DNA of 26,104 nt from an uncultured Candidatus Saccharibacteria bacterium (lineage in GTDB: Bacteria > Patescibacteriota > Minisyncoccia > Phycocordibacterales > CSBR16-119): NCBI GenBank assembly GCA_964581875.1, contig CAZOPP010000003.1, positions 1-26,104 of the forward strand, read 5' to 3'. Under the pieces are notes generated by a model. That model saw nothing but the letters and a program-made list of their open reading frames with translations. It searched no databases and was not told where the DNA came from. Shown in pieces: positions 8,476 to 16,482 of the stretch. A program made the position numbers and the translations under genes. How positions within the stretch are numbered: position 1 is the stretch's first letter; every line of letters starts with the position of its first letter.

Positions 8476-8838
8476 ATGAGTAAAAAAATTCTAATAATTG
8501 AAGATGACACATTTTTACAAGGTTTAGCAGCTAATAAATTAGGCGATGCTGGTTTTGAAGTAACAACAGCTTCTGATGGAGACGAAGCGATGACAGAACT
8601 TGCAAAAGAAAAATTTAATTGTATTCTTTTAGACTTAATGCTTCCAGATATATCGGGTTTTGATATTTTGAAAAACATAAGAGAAAGTTCAAAATCAGTT
8701 CCGGTTATTGTTTTCTCGAACCTTTCAGAAGACAACGATATAAAACACGCAACAGATCTTGGTGCAACAGATTATCTAGTAAAATCAAATTTCACTCTCG
8801 AAGAACTTGTAGAGAAAATTGAAAAAACTCTTTCATAA
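8476..8838 (+). CDS. Single-domain response regulator (receiver only)
   Basis: KILIIEDD, phospho-acceptor Asp in ILLDLMLP, conserved S (FSN) and K (YLVKS); 120 aa. Confidence 0.92.
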   Translation: MSKKILIIEDDTFLQGLAANKLGDAGFEVTTASDGDEAMTELAKEKFNCILLDLMLPDISGFDILKNIRESSKSVPVIVFSNLSEDNDIKHATDLGATDYLVKSNFTLEELVEKIEKTLS

Positions 8839-8879
8839 AACAAAAAAGACCGGCGCCTTCGGCGCCGGTCTTTTTTGTT
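8839..8879. terminator. Perfect 19-bp inverted repeat / bidirectional terminator
   Basis: AACAAAAAAGACCGGCGCC-TTC-GGCGCCGGTCTTTTTTGTT. Confidence 0.8.
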
Positions 8880-8919
8880 AAGAAGAAAGAAAGTAACGTA
8901 TTTTTGCTATAATAAACCC

Positions 8920-11115
8920 ATGCAAATAACCGACCCGCTAGAAAAACACTTTAGACTAAGTCCGGCGCAAAAATCAGCCCTGAAAAGACTTGGTCTTGTA
9001 ACTCTCCAAGATATTCTTTTCTATTTCCCTGTTCGCTACAGTGACATTAGTGAAATAAAAATGATTCGGGACCTTTTGCCGGGCGACGTGGCAACAGTTT
9101 ACGGAGAAATTTCTGGACTAAAAACAAAAAAGGCATTTAAAACAAAGATCCCGATGGCGGAAGGCGTGATAGACGATGGGTCTGGGAAAATAAAAGTCAT
9201 GTGGTTTCGCCAGGCTTACATCGCAAAAATGCTCCACGACGGACAAAAAGTTTCTCTGACTGGGAAAGTTGCCGATAGTAAGTACGGCCTGACAATGCAA
9301 AACCCAGAATACGAAAAAACAAATTCCCTGCCGATAGACGTTCACAATTCCCTTTTTCACAAAGGTGATGACGAAAAACAATTCCACTATCCTGTTTACA
9401 AAGAAACAAAAGGTATCACTTCAAAATGGATTTATCACGCGATAAACAAAATAGTCGCGAGCGGTATTGTAAAAAATCTCGAAGACTATATTCCAGAAAA
9501 TATTTTAAAAAAATATAACTTACCAAAACTCTCTACGGCGCTGGTTTGGATTCACATGCCAAAAAACCAAAAAAACAGCGAAGCTTCAAGAAAACGTTTT
9601 GCTTTTGAAGAAGTTTTCTTTATACAACTCGACAGACAAAGAGAGAAAATCGAAAACCAAGAAAAGAAATCTTTTAAAATAAAAGTAGATAAAAAAGATA
9701 TTGAAAATTTCACCGAAAGATTTCCTTTCAAAATGACATCTTCTCAGGAAAATGCAATTAAAGATATTTTGAAAGATTTTACAAAAGAACATCCAATGTC
9801 GAGACTAATCGAAGGAGATGTTGGTTCTGGAAAAACTGCTGTCGCTGCGACAGCCTCATATGCCGTTATAAAAAACTCGCCAGATCAAAAAGATTTTGGA
9901 AACCTGCAAGTCGCGTATATGGCACCGACAGAGATTTTGGCTGGACAACATTTTGAAAGCTTCATTGAATACTTTACTCACCCGCCCGAACGTACCAACG
10001 GTAGTTCGGTACGGGCGGGTACTGGAATAAATATTGGGCTTTTGACTGGTTCATCTTGCAAGAAATTCCCTTCAAAAGTTGATCCATCTGGCTGGACCAC
10101 AATCTCTAAACCTCAACTTCTAAAATGGGTCGCCAATGGAGAGATTCCGATTCTAATCGGGACGCATTCGCTAATATACAAATCAGTTCAGTTCAAACAC
10201 TTGGCTCTTGGGATTGTCGACGAGCAACACCGCTTTGGAACAAAACAACGCGCAAAACTTGCAAACAAAGAAGGCTTCGCGCCACACTTTCTTTCAATGA
10301 CCGCTACGCCAATCCCCCGCACACTCGCGCTCACAATTTACGGCGACCTTGATTTAACACTTCTCGATCAAATGCCAAAAGGAAGAAAACCGATAATCAC
10401 AGATATTGTCGCGCCAGACAAAAGAAAAGAAACCTATGAATTCATAAAAGAAAAAATGGCAGAAGGTCGCCAACTTTATGTCATCTGTCCGCGAATAGAT
10501 GAACCAGACAAAGATAAGGAATTCGCCCTCCAAGCAAAGTCTGTTTTAGCCGAAGCGAAAAGATTAAAAAAAGAAATTTTCACGGACAAAAATATTGATG
10601 TTCTGCACAGTAAAATGACAAAAACAGAAAAAGATTCTGTGATGGAAAAATTCTCTTCTGGAGAAATTGATATTTTGGTTGCGACTTCTGTTGTCGAAGT
10701 TGGAGTGAACGTTCCGAACGCCACGATGATTATAATTGAAGGTGCAGAAAGATTTGGTTTGGCTCAGCTTCACCAGCTTCGAGGTCGTGTGATTCGTTCG
10801 AACCATCAAGCGTATTGTTTTGTGATTTCAGAAACAAAAAGCGCAAAAAGTATGGATAGGCTAAATGCTCTTAAAACTGCAAAAAATGGTTTCGAACTTT
10901 CTGAACTCGATTTGAAGCTTCGAGGTTCGGGAGACTTGGCAGGAATGAAGCAATGGGGTGTAACAGACCTTGGAATGGAGGCGATTAAAAATTTGAAGAT
11001 GGTTGAAGCGGCTCGAAATGAAGCAACGAATATTGTAAAAAATGACGGTCTGGAAAAACTCCCACAAACAAAAGCTGAGTTAGAACGAAGAAATCCAAAA
11101 ATTCATTTTGAGTAG
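8920..11115 (+). CDS. recG: ATP-dependent DNA helicase RecG
   Basis: Wedge/OB domain, RLIEGDVGSGKT, DEQHRFG, SMTATPIPRTL, QLHQLRGRV; ATG 8920 lies 6 nt after TGcTATAAT. Confidence 0.96.
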   Translation: MQITDPLEKHFRLSPAQKSALKRLGLVTLQDILFYFPVRYSDISEIKMIRDLLPGDVATVYGEISGLKTKKAFKTKIPMAEGVIDDGSGKIKVMWFRQAYIAKMLHDGQKVSLTGKVADSKYGLTMQNPEYEKTNSLPIDVHNSLFHKGDDEKQFHYPVYKETKGITSKWIYHAINKIVASGIVKNLEDYIPENILKKYNLPKLSTALVWIHMPKNQKNSEASRKRFAFEEVFFIQLDRQREKIENQEKKSFKIKVDKKDIENFTERFPFKMTSSQENAIKDILKDFTKEHPMSRLIEGDVGSGKTAVAATASYAVIKNSPDQKDFGNLQVAYMAPTEILAGQHFESFIEYFTHPPERTNGSSVRAGTGINIGLLTGSSCKKFPSKVDPSGWTTISKPQLLKWVANGEIPILIGTHSLIYKSVQFKHLALGIVDEQHRFGTKQRAKLANKEGFAPHFLSMTATPIPRTLALTIYGDLDLTLLDQMPKGRKPIITDIVAPDKRKETYEFIKEKMAEGRQLYVICPRIDEPDKDKEFALQAKSVLAEAKRLKKEIFTDKNIDVLHSKMTKTEKDSVMEKFSSGEIDILVATSVVEVGVNVPNATMIIIEGAERFGLAQLHQLRGRVIRSNHQAYCFVISETKSAKSMDRLNALKTAKNGFELSELDLKLRGSGDLAGMKQWGVTDLGMEAIKNLKMVEAARNEATNIVKNDGLEKLPQTKAELERRNPKIHFE
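9980..10020. repeat. GC-rich palindromic element inserted in frame in recG
   Basis: ACCCGCCCG...CGGGCGGGT 9-bp terminal inverted repeat; 27 of 41 nt are G/C in an AT-rich gene; encodes PPERTNGSSVRAG. Confidence 0.7.
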
Positions 11116-11117
11116 AA

Positions 11118-11146
11118 TTGATTAAAAACCATATTTCGTATACACT
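11118..11146 (+). promoter_or_regulatory. Promoter of tRNA-Ile
   Basis: TTGATT-N17-TACACT. Confidence 0.6.
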
Positions 11147-11159
11147 ATTTCCTATCAAG

Positions 11160-11233
11160 CCGCCTTTAGCTCAGTTGGTTAGAGCACAGAGCTTATACCT
11201 CTGGGGTCCTAGGTTCGAATCCTAGAAGGCGGA
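11160..11233 (+). tRNA. tRNA-Ile with anticodon TAT
   Basis: Acceptor CCGCCTT/AAGGCGG, D arm GCTC/GAGC, anticodon stem CAGAG/CTCTG with loop CTTATAC, T arm CTAGG-TTCGAAT-CCTAG, discriminator A73. Confidence 0.92.
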
Positions 11234-11237
11234 CAAA

Positions 11238-11270
11238 CGAAAAAGCGCCTTCGCTTGGAGGCGCCTTTCG
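11238..11270. terminator. Imperfect hairpin downstream of tRNA-Ile
   Basis: CGAAA.AGCGCCTTC-GCTT-GGAGGCGC.TTTCG. Confidence 0.5.
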
Positions 11271-11282
11271 ATTGACGTTGTG

Positions 11283-11462
11283 TCAGTGATACTGGTCCGA
11301 GACCTTCGGTGGAACGGCGTATTTCCTGGTGGTTTCGGCAAATGCTGCCCCGGCATACATCCGACCATGACTAGTCGGAAATTTGGCCGGTTTTTTCTCT
11401 GGCCCTTCGAGTGGCTTTTCAGTCACCGGAACACAGGTTTCGTTTTTTTCTTTTGTATCCAT
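11283..11462 (-). CDS. Possible 59-aa hypothetical protein (below the ORF-track cutoff)
   Basis: ATG..TGA, MDTKEKNETCVPVTEKPLEGPEKKPAKFPTSHGRMYAGAAFAETTRKYAVPPKVSDQYH; TATAAT at 11491-11496 upstream; competes with the antisense 87-aa ORF. Confidence 0.35.
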   Translation of the reverse strand: MDTKEKNETCVPVTEKPLEGPEKKPAKFPTSHGRMYAGAAFAETTRKYAVPPKVSDQYH

Positions 11463-11503
11463 TGTGGGAGAAGGTACTTGGTACCGAACGATTATACATT
11501 AAA

Positions 11504-11547
11504 TAAACTAAAACAAAAGCGGGCAAGCCCGCTTTTGTTTTAGTTTA
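11504..11547. terminator. Perfect 21-bp inverted repeat terminating ftsH
   Basis: TAAACTAAAACAAAAGCGGGC-AA-GCCCGCTTTTGTTTTAGTTTA; the minus strand gives a G-CUUG-C tetraloop. Confidence 0.8.
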
Positions 11548-11635
11548 CGCCAATATTAATTTTATTGTGTTGGTTCACTCGCACAAACTACTCTGTAGTA
11601 TTTTCGGGCAAACCCACCAAACCTTCTAACGAAGA

Positions 11636-13555
11636 TTAAGCGGGTAAGTCTGTTTTAGTTGGTTTTAAATCTTTTTTCGGAAGTTCTTTCAAAGGTATTT
11701 TATGTTTCTTCAAAAATTCATTGTATTCGTCTTGTTCGAGAGTTTCTTTCTCAATCAAGATTTTTGCCATATCATCCAAAACTGCGCGCTTTTCTGTTAG
11801 AACTTTTTCAGCTGTTTTTAGCCCTTCGTCTATAAGTTTTTTGATTTCTTGATCGATAACATCAGACATTTTTTCTGAGTATTCATTTCCAAAACCTCGT
11901 CCATACATTACTTCAGAATCTTTTCCTTCCAAAGCCACTGGACCAACAACTTCAGACATTCCCCATTTTGTAACCATTGAACGAGCCAATCTTGAAACAA
12001 CTTGCAAGTCGTTTGATGGACCTGTTGTTATGTCTCCGAAAACTAATTTCTCTGCCACATATCCACCCAAAGTTCCAGCAATATCATCTTTGAATTCAGC
12101 TCTGTTGTTTAAATATCTTTCTTCTAAAGGAAGATTCATTGTATATCCGCCAGCTCGTCCACGAGAAACAATCGTAACTTTGTGAACAGGATCTGAGTTT
12201 GGTAAAACAGACATTACAAGTGCGTGACCAGCTTCGTGATATGCCACAATCTTCTTTTCTTCTTCATTCATCAAGTGGCTTTTTCTTTCAGGACCAATCA
12301 TAACTTTATCAATCGAAAGCAAAACATCGTTTAAAGAAACTTTCTTTCTGTTCTCTCTCGCCGCTTTTATCGCCGCTTCGTTCATCAAAGAATATAAATC
12401 AGCACCAGAAAATCCAGGAGTTCTTTCAGCGACTAATTTCAAATTAACATCTTCTTCGAGAGGTTTTTTACGAGCGTGGATTTTTAAAATTTCTTCTCGA
12501 TCAGCTCGATCTGGCAAATCAACAATAACTCGACGGTCAAATCTTCCCGGACGAAGCAAGGCGTTGTCCAAAACATCAGATCTATTTGTCGCAGCAATAA
12601 CAATAACTTTTTGGTTTTGATCAAAGCCGTCCATTTCTGTAAGAATTTGGTTTAGAGTTTGTTCTCTTTCGTCGTTTCCACCACCAACACCACTTCCTCT
12701 TTTTCTTCCCACGGCGTCGATTTCATCGATAAAAACAATAGATGGCGCTGCCTTTTTTGCCATTCCGAAAAGGTCTCGCACACGCGAAGCTCCGACACCG
12801 ACAAACATTTCCACGAAGTCAGATCCAGAAAGATGGAAGAACGGAACATTGGCTTCTCCGGCCACAGCTCTCGCCAAAAGAGTTTTACCTGTTCCTGGAG
12901 CACCTTCCAAAAGAACACCTTTTGGAATATCTGCACCAATATCAATAAATTTTTTAGGATTTTTCAAAAAGTCTACAATCTCTTCCAGTTCTTGTTTGGC
13001 TTCTTTTACACCAGCAACGTCTTTAAATGTAACTTTGTTTTTGTCGTTTGGATCTGTGATCTTTGCTTTTGATTGACCAAAAGAAAATGCTTGCATTCCC
13101 TGACCTTTTGCTTGTCTCATCAAAAACCAAAAGAAAATAACTATAAACAAAACTGGAATAAGAATTGGGATTATATTCAAAAGCCAAAATCCAAAACCTG
13201 ACTCACTTTTTATTTCAATATCTGTTTTTGCAAGAGCGCTCGTCTCGACTCCGTAGTTTGAAAGAGTTTCTGTTAGCGATGCTTCACGTTCTTTTTTTGA
13301 AACATATTCTGTTTTTGCTTCATCGTTTAAAACAATCGAAAGCTTGTCCCCTTCAACCAAAATCGATGAAACTTCTCCTTGGTTTATAAGAGTTGATAAA
13401 AATGAAAGTGAAATATCTTCTGGTTTTGAAGATTTTTTATCAACCAAAATTGAATAAAGTGCGGTAAAAGCCAGGAAAACAAAAAATGCTGTCCAAAGCT
13501 TGTTTAAAAAACTTCCATTTTTACTATTTTTATTTTTCTTGTTATTTTTTGACAT
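11636..13555 (-). CDS. ftsH: ATP-dependent zinc metalloprotease FtsH
   Basis: Two TM segments, Walker A GAPGTGKT, Walker B IFIDEIDA, second region of homology [15 protein letters not shown]. Confidence 0.98.
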   Translation of the reverse strand: MSKNNKKNKNSKNGSFLNKLWTAFFVFLAFTALYSILVDKKSSKPEDISLSFLSTLINQGEVSSILVEGDKLSIVLNDEAKTEYVSKKEREASLTETLSNYGVETSALAKTDIEIKSESGFGFWLLNIIPILIPVLFIVIFFWFLMRQAKGQGMQAFSFGQSKAKITDPNDKNKVTFKDVAGVKEAKQELEEIVDFLKNPKKFIDIGADIPKGVLLEGAPGTGKTLLARAVAGEANVPFFHLSGSDFVEMFVGVGASRVRDLFGMAKKAAPSIVFIDEIDAVGRKRGSGVGGGNDEREQTLNQILTEMDGFDQNQKVIVIAATNRSDVLDNALLRPGRFDRRVIVDLPDRADREEILKIHARKKPLEEDVNLKLVAERTPGFSGADLYSLMNEAAIKAARENRKKVSLNDVLLSIDKVMIGPERKSHLMNEEEKKIVAYHEAGHALVMSVLPNSDPVHKVTIVSRGRAGGYTMNLPLEERYLNNRAEFKDDIAGTLGGYVAEKLVFGDITTGPSNDLQVVSRLARSMVTKWGMSEVVGPVALEGKDSEVMYGRGFGNEYSEKMSDVIDQEIKKLIDEGLKTAEKVLTEKRAVLDDMAKILIEKETLEQDEYNEFLKKHKIPLKELPKKDLKPTKTDLPA

Positions 13556-13628
13556 TTGTTTGATATACCTATTTTCGGCTTAACGGTCGTGCTATTATAC
13601 AATATAATAGACCAAATATAAACACCTT

Positions 13629-14075
13629 ATGACTTTACTGCAAAAGAACAAAAAGGCAAGCTTTAATTATGAAATTCTGGAAAAATACACCGGAGGTCTT
13701 TCGCTTTTTGGATTTGAAGTAAAGACAATAAAAAGGCAACTTGGCGGATCGATAAGCGAAGCATACGTTAAAATACAAGGCGATGAGGTTATTTTGGTTG
13801 GCGCTCACATACCGCCATATCAGCCAGGAAACACACCCGACGACTACAACCCATACCGAGAAAGAAAAATACTTTTAAAGCGAAAAGAGATAGAGGAGCT
13901 GAAAAAGAAGGTAAAAGAATCTAACTTGACAATAGTGCCTATTTCGTTGTATAATAAAGGTAGATATGTGAAAATCGATATTGCGCTAGCGCGTGGTAAG
14001 AAAAATATTGATAAACGTCAAAGTATAAAGAAGCGAGATATTGAAAGAGATTTGGGAAGAAGATTAAAAAACTAG
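13629..14075 (+). CDS. smpB: SsrA-binding protein
   Basis: NKKASFNYEILE, G.EVKTIK, RERKILL, TIVPISLY, ALARGKK..DKR. Confidence 0.96.
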   Translation: MTLLQKNKKASFNYEILEKYTGGLSLFGFEVKTIKRQLGGSISEAYVKIQGDEVILVGAHIPPYQPGNTPDDYNPYRERKILLKRKEIEELKKKVKESNLTIVPISLYNKGRYVKIDIALARGKKNIDKRQSIKKRDIERDLGRRLKN

Positions 14076-14131
14076 TTCCCTACTATTTGCAAGTCCTTCG
14101 CTAAAACCCGATAAATTTTTGTCGTGTTTTA

Positions 14132-14499
14132 GGGGATGATTGGTCTTGATATTTGAAAATTTTTAATATGTGCATGTCGAGCTTGATAACTCGTAAAACT
14201 TTCTAAAACCTTAGATGGAAAATCTAAAGGACTAGTAAAATCTCCATTTCAAATGCGAGATTTTGCTCTAGCATAAATATTTGCTAGTGCGCGTTTGCCT
14301 GACTTCCGATAAAGTACACGCGTATCATAAAATCGGGATAAGCTTTTAGCCTTCTCGACTAAAAGACGAAAATTTAGAGATCGATATATAATTGTTTTGT
14401 TTATTTAAAAGGTTATATATTTAAATCAAAAAATAAACTAAACTTGTAGACTCATATTAAAAACTCATTTACACGCGGGTTCGATTCCCGCCATCTCCA
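14132..14499 (+). ncRNA. ssrA: tmRNA
   Basis: 5' GGGGATG pairs with 3' CATCTCC-A including G3:U70; T arm GCGGG-TTCGATT-CCCGC; internal tag frame; directly downstream of smpB. Confidence 0.93.
14217..14276 (+). other. tmRNA tag reading frame (A)GKSKGLVKSPFQMRDFALA*
   Basis: Resume codon GGA after TTAGAT; ends FALA-TAA. The resume position is inferred from consensus. Confidence 0.7.
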
Positions 14500-14501
14500 C
14501 A

Positions 14502-14542
14502 TAAATAAAAAATACAACCTTTCTGGTTGTATTTTTTATTTA
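14502..14542. terminator. Perfect 18-bp inverted repeat after tmRNA
   Basis: TAAATAAAAAATACAACC-TTTCT-GGTTGTATTTTTTATTTA. Confidence 0.75.
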
Positions 14543-14550
14543 CTGCGGAA

Positions 14551-14760
14551 GAGATGGCGGGAATCGAACAAGAAGGGGGTCGGGGAAACATATGTTTCCC
14601 TGTGGAGGAAAACAGCGAAGCGTTAGAAACCGTGGGTTTCTAAAGAGCAAGCTTTGCTTGCGAGTGAGATAGCGAAGCGTCCCGCCATCTCCACAAAATT
14701 AGAGCCGGGGTCGCGAAATTTTTCCGTCAGGAAAAATATTTGTGACCGATCCACCATCTC
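14551..14760. repeat. tmRNA-associated miniature hairpin element (MITE-like)
   Basis: Inverted copy of the tmRNA 3' end at 14551-14569, direct copy at 14680-14695, degenerate copy at 14748-14760, four internal hairpins, AGCGAAGCGT twice. Confidence 0.65.
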
Positions 14761-14811
14761 TAAATATAAATGCTATAATAAAACCATTAAAAGTTAATCA
14801 ATAACATACAT

Positions 14812-15231
14812 ATGAATTTTTTAGCAATGCTACTTTGTGCGATTGTCGCAATGGTTTTGGGAACAATTTGGCACAGTAAATTACTCTTTGGACCAACATA
14901 CATGAAAGCTATCGGCGCGGACATGAACATGCCGCCAGAAAAAATGAGAGAAATTCAAAAGAAAATGTGGCAAATTTTCTTAAGCCAATTTATTCTCGTA
15001 ATGTTCCAAGTTTGGGTTTTGTCAAAATTCTTATACACAACAGCTTTTGGAATATCGGCTGTAACAAATTCAATCTGGATTTGGGCTGGATTTGTAATGC
15101 CAACCATTGCAGGAATTACGTTGTGGAGCGCAAGACCAAGAAAAATGGCTTGGCAAATATTTTTAATCAATTCAGGATATCAATTTGTTTTGTTTATACT
15201 ATTTGCAATAATTTTAAAAGTTTGGATGTAG
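14812..15231 (+). CDS. DUF1761 family membrane protein
   Basis: MNFLAMLLCAIVAMVLGTIWHSKLLFGPTYMKA; four TM segments; TGcTATAAT at 14771-14779. Confidence 0.8.
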   Translation: MNFLAMLLCAIVAMVLGTIWHSKLLFGPTYMKAIGADMNMPPEKMREIQKKMWQIFLSQFILVMFQVWVLSKFLYTTAFGISAVTNSIWIWAGFVMPTIAGITLWSARPRKMAWQIFLINSGYQFVLFILFAIILKVWM

Positions 15232-15240
15232 AAAAAAGGA

Positions 15241-15272
15241 AAAGCCCGCGGCCTTACGGCTGCGGGTTTTTT
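15241..15272 (+). terminator. Intrinsic terminator after DUF1761
   Basis: AAAGCCCGCGGCC-TTAC-GGCTGCGGGTTTT plus T tract; G:U pairs form on the plus strand. Confidence 0.7.
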
Positions 15273-15290
15273 CATTTCCTGATGCTCGCA

Positions 15291-15473
15291 TTAACGGCGA
15301 GCACTTTGGATATGACGGTCGAGCTCTTCCATTTCGAACTTACTCAATACTCCAAAACACTTCTCACAAGAAAGCCCTTCTTCTTCACGTCTGGCTTTCA
15401 TATCGTCAGCAATGTGAACGATGGTGAGTTCGGGCTCAAGCCCCCCCTCTTTGGCTAGCTGTGCTGGATTCAT
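15291..15473 (-). CDS. 60-aa hypothetical protein (acidic, CxxC)
   Basis: ATG start overlaps the stop of the upstream small ORF (ATGA); protein-like composition. Confidence 0.5.
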   Translation of the reverse strand: MNPAQLAKEGGLEPELTIVHIADDMKARREEEGLSCEKCFGVLSKFEMEELDRHIQSARR

Positions 15474-15625
15474 TTTTTGGCGGCTTTTTTATGTTCACGA
15501 AATTTGCGAATCCCATAAAATAGCACCAGGAAAGATAGTCCGAATAATAAAGGAGGAACGAAAGGGTTCTTCATGTAATCGTGGAAAGATAATCCAAGCC
15601 AAAGAGGCAAAGAGAGCATCACCAT
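15470..15625 (-). CDS. 51-aa small membrane protein (not in the ORF track)
   Basis: MVMLSLPLWLGLSFHDYMKNPFVPPLLFGLSFLVLFYGIRKFREHKKAAKK*; hydrophobic helix plus basic tail; ATGA coupling to the next ORF. Confidence 0.55.
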   Translation of the reverse strand: MVMLSLPLWLGLSFHDYMKNPFVPPLLFGLSFLVLFYGIRKFREHKKAAKK

Positions 15626-15697
15626 GTTGTGCGTTTTGGTTGTTGAAAGAACTACTCAAGACAAATGATTATGACAGATTTTAACTTTATGTCAATT

Positions 15698-16423
15698 TTA
15701 TTTCTCAAACACTCTTATCCGTTTTATAGAAAAAGTTGTTGCGGGAAAAGAAAGACTGTTGACCAAAGACCTGACATAGGTTCCAGAAGAACAAGACATT
15801 GAAACTTTTGCGAGTAGAAAATTCTCCCCTTCTTTTTGAGATAAAATATTTTTCCAAGATTCTAAAACTTCTTCTTGTCTAAAATCTCCTCTTACCAAAG
15901 AAATTCTTTCTAAAATTTCAGAAAGAAGCTTTTCTCCAGAAATTTCTTCAAAGCCAAGAATTTTTAAATCATAGATTTCAACTTGGCGAGTTGGCAGATC
16001 AAAAACTTCACCATTTTTTGTTTTTTGGAAAAGCGGAACGCCACCTATTGTTTTTGAAGAAAAAGGTGGATATTCTTGAGTTCTAACTCCTTTAAACTTT
16101 TGTAAATCTTTTTCTAGGCCTTCTTTAATATTTTCAATAGAGGCGCTTGCCTCTTTTGGAATTCCGAGCAAGTCATAAGAATCGGTTTTAAAGCCAAAAA
16201 GAATTTTAAATTCATATTCTTTGTCCATATTTAAATATTCATCTTTTTTCTTGCACGCCTCGCCAATCAAAACAACGAGCTCGCCTTCTGCCATTGGATC
16301 AAGTCTGCCGGCATAAGTCATTGGCAAATTAGAATATTCCGGGTTTTCTAAACGAACCCTTTCCAGGGCTTCAAGCGGTGTTTCTCCGAGTTTTTTGTAT
16401 ATTCTTATGATATCGTTAATCAT
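15698..16423 (-). CDS. truB: tRNA pseudouridine-55 synthase TruB-like (no PUA domain)
   Basis: YKKLGETP, YAGRLDPMAEG (catalytic Asp), DKEYE, TDSYDLLG, YPPFSS, CSSGTYVRSL. Confidence 0.85.
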   Translation of the reverse strand: MINDIIRIYKKLGETPLEALERVRLENPEYSNLPMTYAGRLDPMAEGELVVLIGEACKKKDEYLNMDKEYEFKILFGFKTDSYDLLGIPKEASASIENIKEGLEKDLQKFKGVRTQEYPPFSSKTIGGVPLFQKTKNGEVFDLPTRQVEIYDLKILGFEEISGEKLLSEILERISLVRGDFRQEEVLESWKNILSQKEGENFLLAKVSMSCSSGTYVRSLVNSLSFPATTFSIKRIRVFEK

Positions 16424-16424
16424 A

Positions 16425-16453
16425 TTGACTTATATAGAATAATAAGCTAAAAT
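16425..16453 (+). promoter_or_regulatory. Promoter of infC-rpmI-rplT
   Basis: TTGACT-N17-TAAAAT. Confidence 0.7.
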
Positions 16454-16482
16454 TAGCAAACATCATAACGTTTTACAATAGA

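Noticed and set aside
8394-8919. Longer starts for EamA (8735) and recG (8875)
   Set aside because: They overlap the receiver gene or the terminator; promoter position and domain boundaries favour 8393 and 8920.
14551-14760. CRISPR array or two-piece (permuted) tmRNA
   Set aside because: The repeats are short, of mixed orientation and not regularly spaced; there are no cas genes; the tmRNA is complete in one piece.
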